From assembly GCF_001194135.2 (NCBI RefSeq), contig NC_068986.1, positions 21,984,558 through 22,048,557 of the forward strand: DNA of 64,000 bases. Reading direction: 5' to 3'. This document shows, piece by piece, positions 1-12,929 of this stretch. Source of the DNA: Octopus bimaculoides. Lineage: Eukaryota. How positions within the stretch are numbered: the stretch's first letter is position 1; each line of letters opens with the position of its first letter. Position numbers and translations under genes: made by a program. Below the pieces are notes generated by a model. The model was not told the DNA's origin. It did no database searches and was given only the letters and a program-made list of their open reading frames with translations.

Positions 1-1400
1 ACATACACACACAAGGTAGTTCTGGAAAAATGTAGAGATGCTGAAGCAGAGATGAGTAGATATGTGTTGTGAACAAGGGACAAGATGGAAGGGATCCTCA
101 GGCAGCCTGAAAGTTCTCCTTTACACTGTAACAGTTTTTAGAATTCTTTTCTCTTTGATGAGTTGCCTTCTCTGAAGCTTCAGAGTCTACACCTCCTTTA
201 GGGTATGATTGGGACTCTTCTAGAATTGTCACAGTTTCCTCTGTTGTCTAGGCAAAGGGGACATGGCTGAAAATTCTTCTAGATAAATAATAGCACTGGA
301 ATTGTCGTTGCCAGAGAAATGGATAAAGTAACTGAGGTTGTCAGACTATATGACAATATTGTCTGATGTTTATATCTTCAGGGTTAAAATTGTTATTGTT
401 AGTGAGAGATTTAGTTTATTTAGTTATCATGTTTTGTAGAAAACAAAAAATCATTCATATAAATTACTTTAAGATCAGTTGTCTATAGGAACTTCTGCAT
501 GGCAATGAACAGATGAACTAATTTCTCACAGCTGAATCTGTTGAAGAGTTAGAGAAAAAAATTTCAAATGTGGAAACAAAAACCAGAGTAAAGAATTCTT
601 CAAGAAAATCTAGTGAAGATAAAAGTAGTTTTAATTAGCAAGAAAAAAAGACAGGACTTAACTGCTATTTGGGAAGTGGCAATGCTAGATATACAGAAAA
701 GGAGTCTACGGGAATAACATGTGGGGTACCAAATGTAAACTAGGGAGTACAAGAGTGGAATCACTGACACACTAACAGAGAAGAAGGACTTCATATATAG
801 CAGATCACAGGAGTAATTAGCAGTAAGAATACACATGAATATACTCTATCTAATGCTTGGAGGGCTCCACAGAAGTGGTTGATAGCTTCTGTTAGCTATG
901 CAGCCTAATCAGCAGCAGTGGAGAAGAATTTTCTGAAAGCATAGTAGCCAGAATAAGAACAGGGTAGAAAAAGTCCAAGGAGCTATCACTTCTGTTGGCA
1001 ACAAATAGATTCTATCTTTCTGTGTGAAGAGCAGATTGTATGAAATTTTTGTACAAAGTGCAATGTTTTATGGTAGTGAAACATAGGTAGTGAATGTAGA
1101 TGTACAGAGTTTGATAAGTGAGGTGGGCCTGTTCTATTGAATGAATAATGTTAATGAATGAATGGGAGACAAATGAACTGAGAAAAAAACCAGCTTGGTT
1201 TTATCTTAGAACCAGATGCAACGTATTCAAGAGGTATTGACATACAATGCACATGGGAGATGACAGCTGGATTAACAAGTGACAAACAATCATATTGGAA
1301 GAAATCAGGGGAAGAGGAAGACCAAGGAAAGCATAAAATGAAGTGATGAAGATTGAATCTCATAAGAGATGACAAGTGATAGAGAATCCATGATAGTAAA
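1..1400 (+). mobile_element. Decayed RTE-clade LINE, 3' part
   Basis: Broken frames VKSRLYEIFVQSAMFYGSET (about 1025-1085) and GRGRPRK (about 1310-1330); approximate limits. Confidence 0.6.
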
Positions 1401-2271
1401 GAAAAATAGATGCATGGTGATGATGATGGTGGTAGTGATGGTGGTGATGGTGACAGTGGAGTGCTTTTGGAGTGATATTGGTAATGGTGAAGGTGGTGGT
1501 GGTGGTGGTGAAGATGATGATTATGATCACGATGAAAGAAAACAGCAACCAACACCTTTTATACAATTGCGATTTTCTTCTCCCAACAATACTTCTAACA
1601 GATAAAATTATCTCTCAGTTTTATTTGTTGTAAAGATTTATAAAATTAAGTATTGAAGAAAAATCATAAGGCTTGATTGAACCCTTGACATCTGCATAGA
1701 TTTCAAAAAAGTTTAGAATAAAAACAGTCTTGCTAAATTGGCAAGATATAAACCGGACCCCTTTTGCTAAACCAATACATTCATTCAACACAACACAACA
1801 GAAATTCCATAAGGTAGCCGAACTTTAGGATCCACTTAAAATCTTACACTTGTTATCACTTGCTACTCATTAGATGACAATTCAATCTTTTATTGTCTTA
1901 TATTTTCAAGTAACAAAAAAACAAGTTAAAATGACAATCCTTCCTTAAAAATGAATCTTATCTACATTTTGCAAAGGAAACAAACTAAAGCTAGAAATGC
2001 TTAAACATCATTGGATGAGGCTTATTCCTGAACTCCCATCCCTACAAAACTAAAAACTTGAATCTTTAAGCACTCCCTCCTTAGATGTACAAAGAACAAT
2101 AACAATTTTTCAAATTACACAGAGGCATAGGCATGGCTGTGTGGTTAAGAAATTTGCTTCTCAGCCTCTAGGATTCAGGTTCAGTCCCATTGCACAGAAT
2201 CTTGGGCAAGCGTCTTCTGCTACAGCTCCATGCAAACTGAACCCTTGTGAGTGATTTGTTAAGCCTATTGC

Positions 2272-2343
<72 letters not shown>

Positions 2344-2952
2344 ATTCACAAAAAAACAAAACAAAAGATGAAGACAGGTGGTGTNNNNNNNNNNNNNNNN
2401 NNNNNNNNNNNNNNNNNNNNNNNNNNNNNNNNNNNNNNNNNNNNNNNNNNNNNNNNNNNNNNNNNNNNNNNNNNNNNNNNNNNNNNNNNNNNNNNNNNNN
2501 NNNNNNNNNNNNNNNNNNNNNNNNNNNNNNNNNNNNNNNNNNNNNNNNNNNNNNNNNNNNNNNNNNNNNNNNNNNNNNNNNNNNNNNNNNNNNNNNNNNN
2601 NNNNNNNNNNNNNNNNNNNNNNNNNNNNNNNNNNNNNNNNNNNNNNNNNNNNNNNNNNNNNNNNNNNNNNNNNNNNNNNNNNNNNNNNNNNNNNNNNNNN
2701 NNNNNNNNNNNNNNNNNNNNNNNNNNNNNNNNNNNNNNNNNNNNNNNNNNNNNNNNNNNNNNNNNNNNNNNNNNNNNNNNNNNNNNNNNNNNNNNNNNNN
2801 NNNNNNNNNNNNNNNNNNNNNNNNNNNNNNNNNNNNNNNNNNNNNNNNNNNNNNNNNNNNNNNNNNNNNNNNNNNNNNNNNNNNNNNNNNNNNNNNNNNN
2901 NNNNNNNNNNNNNNNNNNNNNNNNNNNNNNNNNNNNNNNNNNNNNNNNNNNN

Positions 2953-2995
<43 letters not shown>

Positions 2996-4684
2996 ATATA
3001 TGTATGTATGTATATAATATATGTATGTGTGAATATATCATCATTTAACATCCATTGTCCATGGGTTGGATGGTGTGACCAGATTTGGCAAGCTGGGGGG
3101 GAAGAGGGAATGCATCAGACTCCAGTCTGATTTGACATCGCTTCTGTGGCTGGATGCCCTTCCTAATGCCAACCACTCCAAGAATGTGGTAGGTGCCTTT
3201 TACATGTCACTGGCACAGGAGCCAGTTAAGCAGTACTGGCAATGACCACACTTGAATGGTGCTTCTTATGTGCCACCGGCACAGGTGCCAGTCAGGTGGT
3301 ACTGTCATCAGCCATGACAACAACTTCACTTGCTTCAAGATGTCTTTGCAAGCGCATTGTATTATGAGATCTAGTTGTGTTTCCTCAGGTAAATATTTTT
3401 TCAATTATTGGCACATAAAAAGCATTCATTACACTCTCAGAATGGTTGACGTTAGGAAGGGCATCCAGCTGTAGAAGCATTGACAGATCAGATTGGAGCC
3501 TGGTGCAGCCACTGGCTTTCCAGACCTGTCAAACCGTCCAACCCATGCCAGTGTGGAAAACAGATGTTAAACAATGATGATGATATATGCATCATCATCA
3601 TCATCATTTTAATGTCCACTTTTCCTTTCTTACACAAACCAGACAAAGTATACCCAGGCAGATTTTCTATGGAGGGATGAGCTTCCTGACACCAACCCTC
3701 ACCTGTTTACAAATAAGGTAATAGTTCCTGACAGCTAGGCATGCTTTTGCAACATAATGGAAATTAATGATACCGCCTGTATGACAGTGACACTCATTTA
3801 CAAGTATCACGCAATGTTAAGACACACACACATGTGTGCATGCACGTGTAGCAAGCTTCTTTCAATTTCTGCCTACCAAATCCACTCATAAGGCATTAGT
3901 TGGTCAGCTGACTTAGGGTTGTAATAGAAGACACTTGCCCAGGATTCCACACAGTGGGATTGAATGCAAAACCAAGTGATTGGCAAGCAAACTTCTTAAC
4001 ATACACAGTCATGCTGGCACCTAGTGATCTGATTAACGTGTAGATAGGACGGAGAATATTTGCATGAGATGAAATGGCGCTCTTGTTGATTATAAAAAAA
4101 AGTTTGCAGGATATTTCATGACAGATTCTACACTTTGAACATTAGCTGAATATTAGCTGTGGTTCAGATACATTGTTTTAAGATTCAGACCTAAAATGGC
4201 ATGTTCAGAGACTTTTACAGCAAGCTATCAAAACATTAAGGGAAAGGTTATAATTATTGTTGATGATGGTAAGCTATAACTTGGCATGATACCTATTTAC
4301 TGAGCATTCAAAAGTACAGTGCCTTTTACAAGGATAAAGTGTAGTGTTGAAGATGGCATATGATTTGAACTCACAGCTGTCAAGCCAACATCGTCATAAT
4401 TCAGCCAGCTGAAATTTTGAAAGAAATATAATTTTTTTTCTATAATTAACCTTTTGATACTATATATCTATTGAAATACACTGCTTTTATTTCAATTTAT
4501 TTTGAAAATAATGGAGAATTTAGAAAAAATAACTTTGTCATTCTTAAGCTGATGTTTGGAACATAGATCAACAAAATATTTTGATGGAAAGTTTTAATAC
4601 AGATCACTTTTAAACAAGAAGCTTGTATCATAATATATAACAGTATCAGATGAGTTGGTATCAATATGGTTAAATTATAATTAC

Positions 4685-4801
4685 CTGCTGCTCCAAAGCT
4701 ATAGGCTTCAATCATTTCAGGTATTTTATAAGGAGGTGGGGTATATTTTTTAAACAAGGTATCCCATTCATGGCTGTTTTCACCAAACCAGTATAAGGTT
4801 T
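4685..4801 (-). CDS. JMJD8: JMJD8 exon
   Basis: tgtttcag|AA ACC...GCA G|gtaatt; (E)TLYWFGENSHEWDTLFKKYTPPPY...AYSFGAA. Confidence 0.93.
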
Positions 4802-5186
4802 CTGAAACAATATGAGAAAGAAAAGAGAAACTTCTGGATGATATGCTGTTGTCTTTTTTTTTTAAAGTGGAGTGTTTAATTTGGACCTTTAACTATGAAA
4901 TAAATAAAAAGAAATAATGTGTAAGACATTAAGATCAATGAGAATTAATTATGTAGAAATCAGTTAGAAGCTTCAATATATATANNNNNNNNNNNNNNNN
5001 NNNNNNNNNNNNNNNNNNNNNNNNNNNNNNNNNNNNNNNNNNNNNNNNNNNNNNNNNNNNNNNNNNNNNNNNNNNNNNNNNNNNNNNNNNNNNNNNNNNN
5101 NNNTAATCGAACATTAAAAATAATAATAACAAAACGAGACATGCACATGGAATATATTAGTTTGATGCTTGGTAAAAAGAAAAAGT

Positions 5187-5225
5187 TTTTTTGACATTTC
5201 AAGCATAGCCCTTCATCAGAAAGGG
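5187..5225 (-). ncRNA. Degenerate minimal hammerhead motif
   Basis: UUU-CUGAUGA-A-GGGC(UAU)GCUU-GAAA-UGUC^AAA; helix I is only 3 A-U pairs. Confidence 0.4.
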
Positions 5226-5557
5226 AAATGGAAAAGTCCAGAGAAGGAATGTGTGTAGTTAATGTATGATCTTTTATTTTTTAGTTGTTTCACTCATTGA
5301 CTGTGGCCATGCTAGGGCACCACTCTGAAGGGTTTTAGTCAAACAAATCAACACCAATACTTTTTACTTTTTTTTAAAGCCTGATATTTATTCTATCAGT
5401 CTGTTTTGCTGAACTGCAAAGTTACTGAGTTGTAAATAAACTGACACCAGTTGTCAAATGGTGGTGGGGGACAAACACAAGGAATACAAGTCTAATATCA
5501 GGAATAAATAAAATAACCGATAATAACTCAGGAAATGATATTAAATATTTTACTCAC

Positions 5558-5626
5558 CATTTCCAGGCGTCTTTAAATCTTGAGGCTGCATGTACTCTGT
5601 AAGGTATTTCCGCAATGGCACATCAA
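5558..5626 (-). CDS. JMJD8: JMJD8 exon
   Basis: ctttacag|TT GAT...AAT G|gtgagt; (V)DVPLRKYLTEYMQPQDLKTPGN. Confidence 0.92.
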
Positions 5627-5729
5627 CTGTAAAGATAACAAAAAATTTAGCAATTTTAGAAATGCAAGAAAATAATAGTTTCTTTGCAAGAAGAGAATCT
5701 TTGTCAAAAAATGTAAAAAGTTGAAAGGA

Positions 5730-6310
5730 CTCATTGAGAAAGGGAGAGAGTGCTGAGGCAGATGTCAAATTCAGAATCAGGCAAGAAGCATCAGTGTTCA
5801 AAGGAATGAACAAGATCTGGGCAAGCACTTTGATTAGCAACTGTATGAAGATCCTGCTGTACCAGAGCCTTGTCCTGTCAAGAGCAGTCTACGCAGGAAA
5901 AACTTGGAAAATAACTGCCAAGATCACTCTGAGATTGAATGCATTTCACTAACGAGTCAACACAGAATGCTCGAATTCACTTATAGGGACAGAATCACAA
6001 ACTCTGATGTCCTGAGAAGAGCCAATCTGTGCAACTGGCATGAGATTGTGACAGAAAGAAGAGTGAAACTTGCAGGTCATATATTCTGACCGTCAGAAAA
6101 AGAAATACTAGAGACAGAAATACAATGTATACCATCAGAGAGACGAAGAAAGTGAGGGAGACACAAGTAAACATGGCACACCACCTTCAAAGAAGAACTG
6201 AAGCAACAAAGCATCAGTTGGGAAGATGCAGGTAATTATGTCTGAAACCAGGACGATTGGAAATGCCTTGCTGCTTGATGTACAGGCCAAATGGACATGA
6301 GAGAATAAGA
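5730..6310 (+). mobile_element. RTE-clade LINE RT C-terminal fragment
   Basis: RIRQEASVFKGMNKIW...LLYQSLVLSRAVYAGKTW...RDRITNSDVLRR...RRVKLAGHI, frameshifted. Confidence 0.75.
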
Positions 6311-6486
6311 CTAAGACATTCTATCTACTACCACATTGAATACAACGGATAATTTAAAGCATGGTGTACAATGCCAAAAAAAAAAAATGAAATGGTTTTG
6401 AATGAAACACATTTGATTATAGGTCAGTTTAATCAAGGTTGAGCTGGGACTATACAACAAAGTGCATGTATGTGTTAAATACAAAC

Positions 6487-6583
6487 CTTTCTTATAAGAA
6501 TAAGTGTTTGCTGTAGACAGTCGAACTATTTTGTCACCATACATTTGTAAGAGATTGTCTTTTGAACAGGCTTTTCTGAATTG
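6487..6583 (-). CDS. JMJD8: JMJD8 exon
   Basis: ttctcaag|CAA...AAA G|gtttgt; QFRKACSKDNLLQMYGDKIVRLSTANTYSYKK. Confidence 0.92.
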
Positions 6584-7113
6584 CTTGAGAAAGAAAATAA
6601 AAAGAAAATATTCAGTCAACAAATACCAGAAATACAGAATTTATAAACGTAATCATGAAAGTAGCAGAACAGTAGCAGTCAAATCTACAATACCAGTTTA
6701 ATTCCCAAGTGAACCATTTCAATTCCCCTTGGACGTATTTTTTAAAAAATTTCTTTCTTTTTACTTGTTTCTGCCATTAGATTGTGGCTATGCTGGGGCA
6801 CTGCCTTGAATTTTTACTCAAATAAATCAACTAGTACTTATTTTTTAACCCTGGTATTTACTCTATCGGTCTCTTTTGCTGAACTGTTAAGTTACGGGGA
6901 TGTAAACACACCAACACTAGTTGTCAAACGATGATGGGGACACACACACACATAGGTGCAGACATAGCTGTGTGGATAAGAAGCTTTCTTCCCAACCATG
7001 TGTTCTCATGTTCCATTCTACTGCATGGTACCTAGGGCAAGTGCCTTCTACTAATAACTCCAGGCTGACCAAAGCTTTGTGAATTGATTTGGTAGATGGA
7101 AACTGAATGAAGC

Positions 7114-7148
<35 letters not shown>

Positions 7149-7630
7149 TTTATTGTAGCCTTGTCTTGACATCATGCGATGATTTTAAATAAGCATCACC
7201 ATCATACAAGTGACGTTGCTTGTTTCCAGTCTTCCAAGTGACAGTCTACAGCAGGAACGGCACCCATTCATAGAATATCTGCCTCAATAAATTCTGTCTG
7301 ACCCATGCAAGTATGGATCAGACAGAATTTATATATATATATATATATCACGACCATCATTTAACATTCATGCAAGCATGGATGTTAAATGATGATGAGA
7401 TGTGTATGTACGACTGTGAGCATTTGTGTATTCGTGTGTCCTTCTCTTGTCATTGTGTAATAGTTGTAAATGAGTGTCACTGTCATACAGGCGGTGTCAT
7501 TCGTTTCCAATATTCTGCAAAAACCATTTCTGGCCATGGAGAAATATTACCCGGCTTGGAAACTGGTGAGGGTTGGTGACAGGAAGGGCATCCAGGCATA
7601 GAAAATCATGCAAGTTGATGATGATGACAA

Positions 7631-7664
<34 letters not shown>

Positions 7665-8005
7665 GATGACGGTGATGGTGATGAATTTGAAATTATTTTT
7701 CAACATACAACAAACAACATCTCCAACTGTTTTCCCCATCCCTAATGTAAGAAGGAAACAACACAAATAATAACTATTGGTAATAACAACTACAATAAAT
7801 AAATAAATAAAGCAAAAAATTGAGAGGAGGAGGAGGAGGAGGATCTGAAAGCAACAATAGTTCCTATCACCTACCTATCTACAAGTCCAAAGTTCAAAAA
7901 CAAGAATGTTATTGACACAAAAGAACAACTAAGAAAAACATAAAATGATGTATATTCTGCATAGCAAACTTGACAAGGAAAACACATTAGCCAGTCCTAT
8001 CTTAA

Positions 8006-8834
8006 CCCTTTCGCATTTAAACCAGACCAAAATATTCAACCTGCTTTATGCTCAAACTATGTCATATGTGGCTTCTCACACCAATGCTACAATATCCTTT
8101 TCTACTCTAGGGACAAGGCCCAAAATTTTGGAGGAGTGGGGGGGGGGCAGTCGATTAGATCGATCCCAGTACGCAACTGGTACTTAATTTATCGACCCCG
8201 AAAGGATGAAAGGCAAAGTCGACCTCGGTGGAATTTGAACTCAGAACGTAAATAAAACAATAATTATTCTTTTCTACTCTAGCCACAAGGCCTGAAATTT
8301 TGGAGGAGGGGAGATAGTCAATTAGGTCGACCCCAGTACACAACTGCTACTTAATTTATCGACTCTGAAAGGATGAAAGGTAAAGTCGACCTCGGCAGAA
8401 TTTGAACTCATAACATAAAAACAGACAAAATACTGCTAAACATTTCGCCCAGTGTGCTAATGTTTCTTATTTCTTAATTGCCCACAAGGGGCTAAACATA
8501 GAGGGGAGAAACAAGGACAGAGAAAGGGATTAAGTCGATTATATCGACCCCAGTGCATAACTGGTACTTAATTTATCGACCCCGAAATGATGAAAGATAA
8601 AGTTGACCTCGGCGGAATTTGAACACAGAACATAACAGCAAACAAAATACCGCTAAGCATTTCGCCCGGTGTGCTAACATTTCTGTCAGCTTGTCACCTA
8701 CCAACCCAACAATATCATTGTGAAAATTTTCAGTTATCTCATCAAAACCTTGAAGCTACAAAATAATGCATGATTCATTGAAAATGTCAATAAATAAGCA
8801 TTACTTTTGACAGAATAAGGTGAATGCTAAAGGG
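8006..8834 (-). mobile_element. piggyBac-type MITE (CCCTTTAGCATT ends, TTAA TSD) split by three tandem SINEs
   Basis: TTAA|CCCTTTCGCATT ... AATGCTAAAGGG|TTAA; SINE cluster at about 8096-8700. Confidence 0.75.
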
Positions 8835-8850
8835 TTAAAGAAGAATGTTG

Positions 8851-9212
8851 TGGAGGCGCAATGGCCCAGTGGTTAGGGCAGCGGACTCGCAGTTTCGGTT
8901 CCCAGACCGGGCGTTGTGAGTGTTTATTAAGCGAAAACACCTAAAGCTCCACGAGGCTCCGGCAGGGGATGGTGGCGAACCCTGCTGTACTCTTTCACCA
9001 CAACTTTCTTCCTGTTTCTGTTGTACCTGTATTTCAAAGGGTCAGCCTTGTAACACTCTGTGTCACGCTGAATATTCCCGAGAACTACGTTAAGGGTACA
9101 CGTGTCTGTGGATTGCTCAGCCACTTGCACGCTAATCTCACGAGCAGGCTGTTCTGTTGATCGGATTAACTGGAACTCTCGACGTCGTAAGCGACGGAGT
9201 GCCAACAACAAC
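8851..9212 (+). mobile_element. tRNA-derived SINE, family B
   Basis: A-box TGGCCCAGTGG, B-box-like GGTTCCCAGACC region, (CAA)n tail, 13-bp TSD AAAGAAGAATGTT. Confidence 0.85.
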
Positions 9213-9626
9213 AAAGAAGAATGTTATTAAGAAAACAAAAGAAAGAAAATTAAAAAATTAAAAAAGAGCAAAAGAAAGATGGAAAAAAAACTCCACATAA
9301 CAACATATGATGTCTGAGCAGAAAAGGATTTTTAACAGATGCAGAAGTGAGATGAAACTTCTTCACACTTCATAGTAAACAGTACCTTTAAGAAATAAAT
9401 GAAAGTGAATGTAAGAGTTTTTGCTTGTTTGTCTTCTATGACAGAAATGACTCTCCTATGATGCAACTGCTTCAGTTTCAACAACATACAGATCAAGTTA
9501 CTTGTCAAACAAAGTACAAGACCAAAATATCAACTTGAGTTGGTGCAATCAACAATCTCATTCTCAAAACTGATGGCCTTGTCTTAAATCTGAAACCATT
9601 ATTAATTTCAGTTGTTAATATTAATT

Positions 9627-9960
9627 AAGGCACATGGCTCAGTTGTTAGAGCATCGAGCTTACGATCGTGAGGTTGTGAGTTCGATTCCCAGACCGGGCT
9701 GCGTGTTGTGTTCTTGAGCAAGACACTTTATTTCACATTGCTCCAGTTAACTCAGCTGTAGAAATGAGTTGCGACATCACTGGTGCCAAGCTGTATCAGC
9801 CTTTGCCTTTCCCTTGGATAACATCAATGGTATGGAGAGGGGAGGCTGGTATGCATGGGCGACTGCTGGTCTTCCATAAACAACCTTGCCTGGACTTGTG
9901 CCTTGGAGGGTAGCTTTCTAGGTGCAGTCCCATGGTCATTCATGACCGAAGGGGGTCTCC
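9627..9960 (+). mobile_element. tRNA-derived SINE, family D
   Basis: TGGCTCAGTTGTTAGAGC...GAGTTCGATTCCC...TTGAGCAAGACACT; second copy at 24520-24822, partial minus copy at about 23700-23810. Confidence 0.85.
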
Positions 9961-10049
9961 TCCTCATTAATATTAATATCATAGAATGACAAAACTTGTC
10001 AGTTACTGTAGTGACAAACCACCTAACTATCTCTCTATTTATGTATGTA

Positions 10050-10091
<42 letters not shown>

Positions 10092-10904
10092 GCAGTGGAA
10101 TGGAACTCGAAACCACGTGTTTAAGAAAGAAAGATTTTATAGGCACAGGCATGGCTGTGTGATAAGAAGCTTGCTTTCCAACCTCATGGTTCCAGGTTCA
10201 GTCCCACTGCCTGGCACTTTGGGCAAGTGTTTTCTACTATAGCCTTGGGCTGACTGAAACCTTGTAAGTGGATCTCGTAGACAGAAAGTGAAAGAAGCCT
10301 GTTATATGTATATACCTATGTGTGTGTATTGTTTGTGTGTGTTTGTTTTCCATCACTGCTTGACAACTGGTGTTGGTTTGCTTACATCCCCATAACTTAG
10401 TGGTTTGGCAAAAAAGACCAACAGAACAAGTATCAGGCTTTAAAAAAAATAAATACCGGGGTTGATTCCTTCAACTAAAAATTCTTCAAGGCAGTGCCCC
10501 AGCATGGCTGCAGTTTAATGACTGAACCAAGAGAAAGAACTACACAGCCATGTGCTTGTACCTAAAATACCTATAATTTATTTATATTAATATTTTTGCT
10601 ATAAGCTTATTAGCCTTAGTGAAAAGAAATTTATGGAAATCAATTCAATTAAAATATTTGGCAGTTATCAAATAAAAAAATTTTATTAGACATAATTTTA
10701 CCAAAGTAACCATTTAGTTGTAAAGTCGTGAGTTCCTGAATGCAACAAACACTTATTTGTTGAAATCAACTTAAAGTTTAGCCAATTGTTATCAAGAGCT
10801 GAGCAACTTTTACAGGATCTAACAAGAACTAGGGCAAAACAGATATAATGAAGATTGAATAACAAAACAATTAAAATGCATGATCTATTTAAAAAACTTT
10901 AATA

Positions 10905-11065
10905 GGCATAGGAGTGGCTATGTGGTAAGTAGCTTGCTTACCAACCACATGGTTCTGGGTTCAGTCCCACTGCGTGGCACCTTGGGCAAGTGTCTTCTAC
11001 TGCAGCCTCAGGCCGACCAAAGCCTTGTGAGTGGATTTGGTAGACGGAAACTGAAAGAAGCCCGT

Positions 11066-11100
<35 letters not shown>

Positions 11101-11350
11101 NNNNNNNNNNNNNNNNNNNNNNNNNNNNNNNNNNNNNNNNNNNNNNNNNNNNNNNNNNNNNNNNNNNNNNNNNNNNNNNNNNNNNNNNNNNNNNNNNNNN
11201 NNNNNNNNNNNNNNNNNNNNNNNNNNNNNNNNNNNNNNNNNNNNNNNNNNNNNNNNNNNNNNNNNNNNNNNNNNNNNNNNNNNNNNNNNNNNNNNNNNNN
11301 NNNNNNNNNNNNNNNNNNNNNNNNNNNNNNNNNNNNNNNNNNNNNNNNNN

Positions 11351-11400
<50 letters not shown>

Positions 11401-11560
11401 GTGTGTGAGTATGTTTGTGTGTCTGTGTTTGTCCTTCCAAAATCGTTTGATAACCGATGGTGGTGTGTTTACGACCCTGTAACTTACCGGTTCAGCAAAA
11501 GTGACCGATAGAATAAGTACTAGGCTTCCAAAGAATAAGTCCTGGGGTTGATTTGCTTGA
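10905..11560 (+). mobile_element. tRNA-derived SINE, family A, with internal (TA)n
   Basis: GGCATAGGAGTGGCTATGTGGTAAG...GGTTCAGTCCC...CACCTTGGGCAAG. Other copies or parts at about 2122, 6953, 10139, 13371, 16568, 28945, 31015 and 55095 (+); about 3840, 5280, 6760, 37300, 45720, 47050, 50745 and 58790 (-). Confidence 0.85.
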
Positions 11561-12005
11561 CTTTGATGGCATGCACTGCTCTATTATAATAATATTAATA
11601 ATAATAATAATAATATCAATCCTTTCTACTATAGGAACAAGGACTAAAATTTAGGAGGAGGTGGCTAGTTAATTACATTGCTAACGATTCTGCCATTTTG
11701 CCTCATTAGTTAAGCAATATATTGTTTTCAAATTTTGATGCAAGGCCGGCAATTTCAGGGGAGTAGTTTAGTCAATTACATCAACCCCAGTGATCAACTG
11801 GTACTTATTGTATCGACCCTGAAAGGATGAAAGGTAAAGTCGACCTTGATAGAATTTGAACTCAGAATCTAAGGACGGATGAAATGCCATTAGGCATTTT
11901 GCCCAGCATACTAAAGATTCTGCCAGCTTGTTACCTTTTAGTTAAGCAAAATATTAATTAAAAGAAAGAAAGAAACATTACAAATAACCAATAAACATGT
12001 CTTAC

Positions 12006-12054
12006 TGTATTATCAGCATGGTGTTGTATTTGGAATGGTTTTTTATAAGCAAAA
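12006..12054 (-). CDS. JMJD8: JMJD8 exon (49 nt)
   Basis: ctttttcag|T TTT GCT TAT...ACA|gtaag; FAYKKPFQIQHHADNT. Confidence 0.87.
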
Positions 12055-12169
12055 CTGAAAAAGAAAAAGAAATTTCACTATTACATATATAACCATGAAA
12101 CAACAATAATTGCAAAATAAAACAAAACAAAACAAAAAAAATGGTATTTATTTAATATCTCTTAAATGT

Positions 12170-12897
12170 GTGTTGGCACTCCATCGCTTACGACATCGAG
12201 GGTTCCAGTTGATCCGATCAACGGAACAGCCTGCTCATGAAATTGATGTGCAAGTGGCTGAGTACTTCACAGACACGTGTACCCTTAACGTAGTTCTTGG
12301 GGATATTCAGCGTGACACAGTGTGACAAGGCTGACCCTTTGAATTACAGGCACAACAGAAACAGGAAGTAAGAGTGAGAGAAAGTTGTGGTGGAAGAGTA
12401 GAGCAGGGTTCGCCACCATCCCCTGCCGGAGCCTCGTGGAGATTTAGGTGTTTTCGATCAATAAACACTCACAACGCCTGGTCTGGGAATCGAAACCGCG
12501 ATCCTATGACTGCGAGTNNNNNNNNNNCATCGCTTACGACATCGAGGGTTCCAGTTGATCCGATCAACGGAACAGCCTGCTCATGAAATTGATGTGCAAG
12601 TGGCTGAGTACTTCACAGACACGTGTACCCTTAACGTAGTTCTTGGGGATATTCAGCGTGACACAGTGTGACAAGGCTGACCCTTTGAATTACAGGCACA
12701 ACAGAAACAGGAAGTAAGAGTGAGAGAAAGTTGTGGTGGAAGAGTAGAGCAGGGTTCGCCACCATCCCCTGCCGGAGCCTCGTGGAGATTTAGGTGTTTT
12801 CGATCAATAAACACTCACAACGCCTGGTCTGGGAATCGAAACCGCGATCCTATGACTGCGAGTTCGCTGCCCTAAACACTGGGCCATTGCGCCTCCA
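12170..12897 (-). mobile_element. SINE family B, present twice across a 10-N gap
   Basis: Reverse complement of 8851-9212; a single TSD pair TATCTCTTAAAT (12156-12167 and 12899-12910). Confidence 0.85.
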
Positions 12898-12929
12898 CTA
12901 TCTCTTAAATATTTAGGTGTTATACTGCA

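Noticed and set aside
2161-3130. Long ORFs in the ORF track here and at 10880-11511, 16129-16545, 19460-20037, 32575-33078 and 63037-63838
   Set aside because: Artefacts of N-gaps and dinucleotide microsatellites.
8851-8930. tRNA genes (also at 9627 and other SINE heads)
   Set aside because: These are tRNA-like heads fused to SINE bodies with tails and TSDs; no complete cloverleaf.
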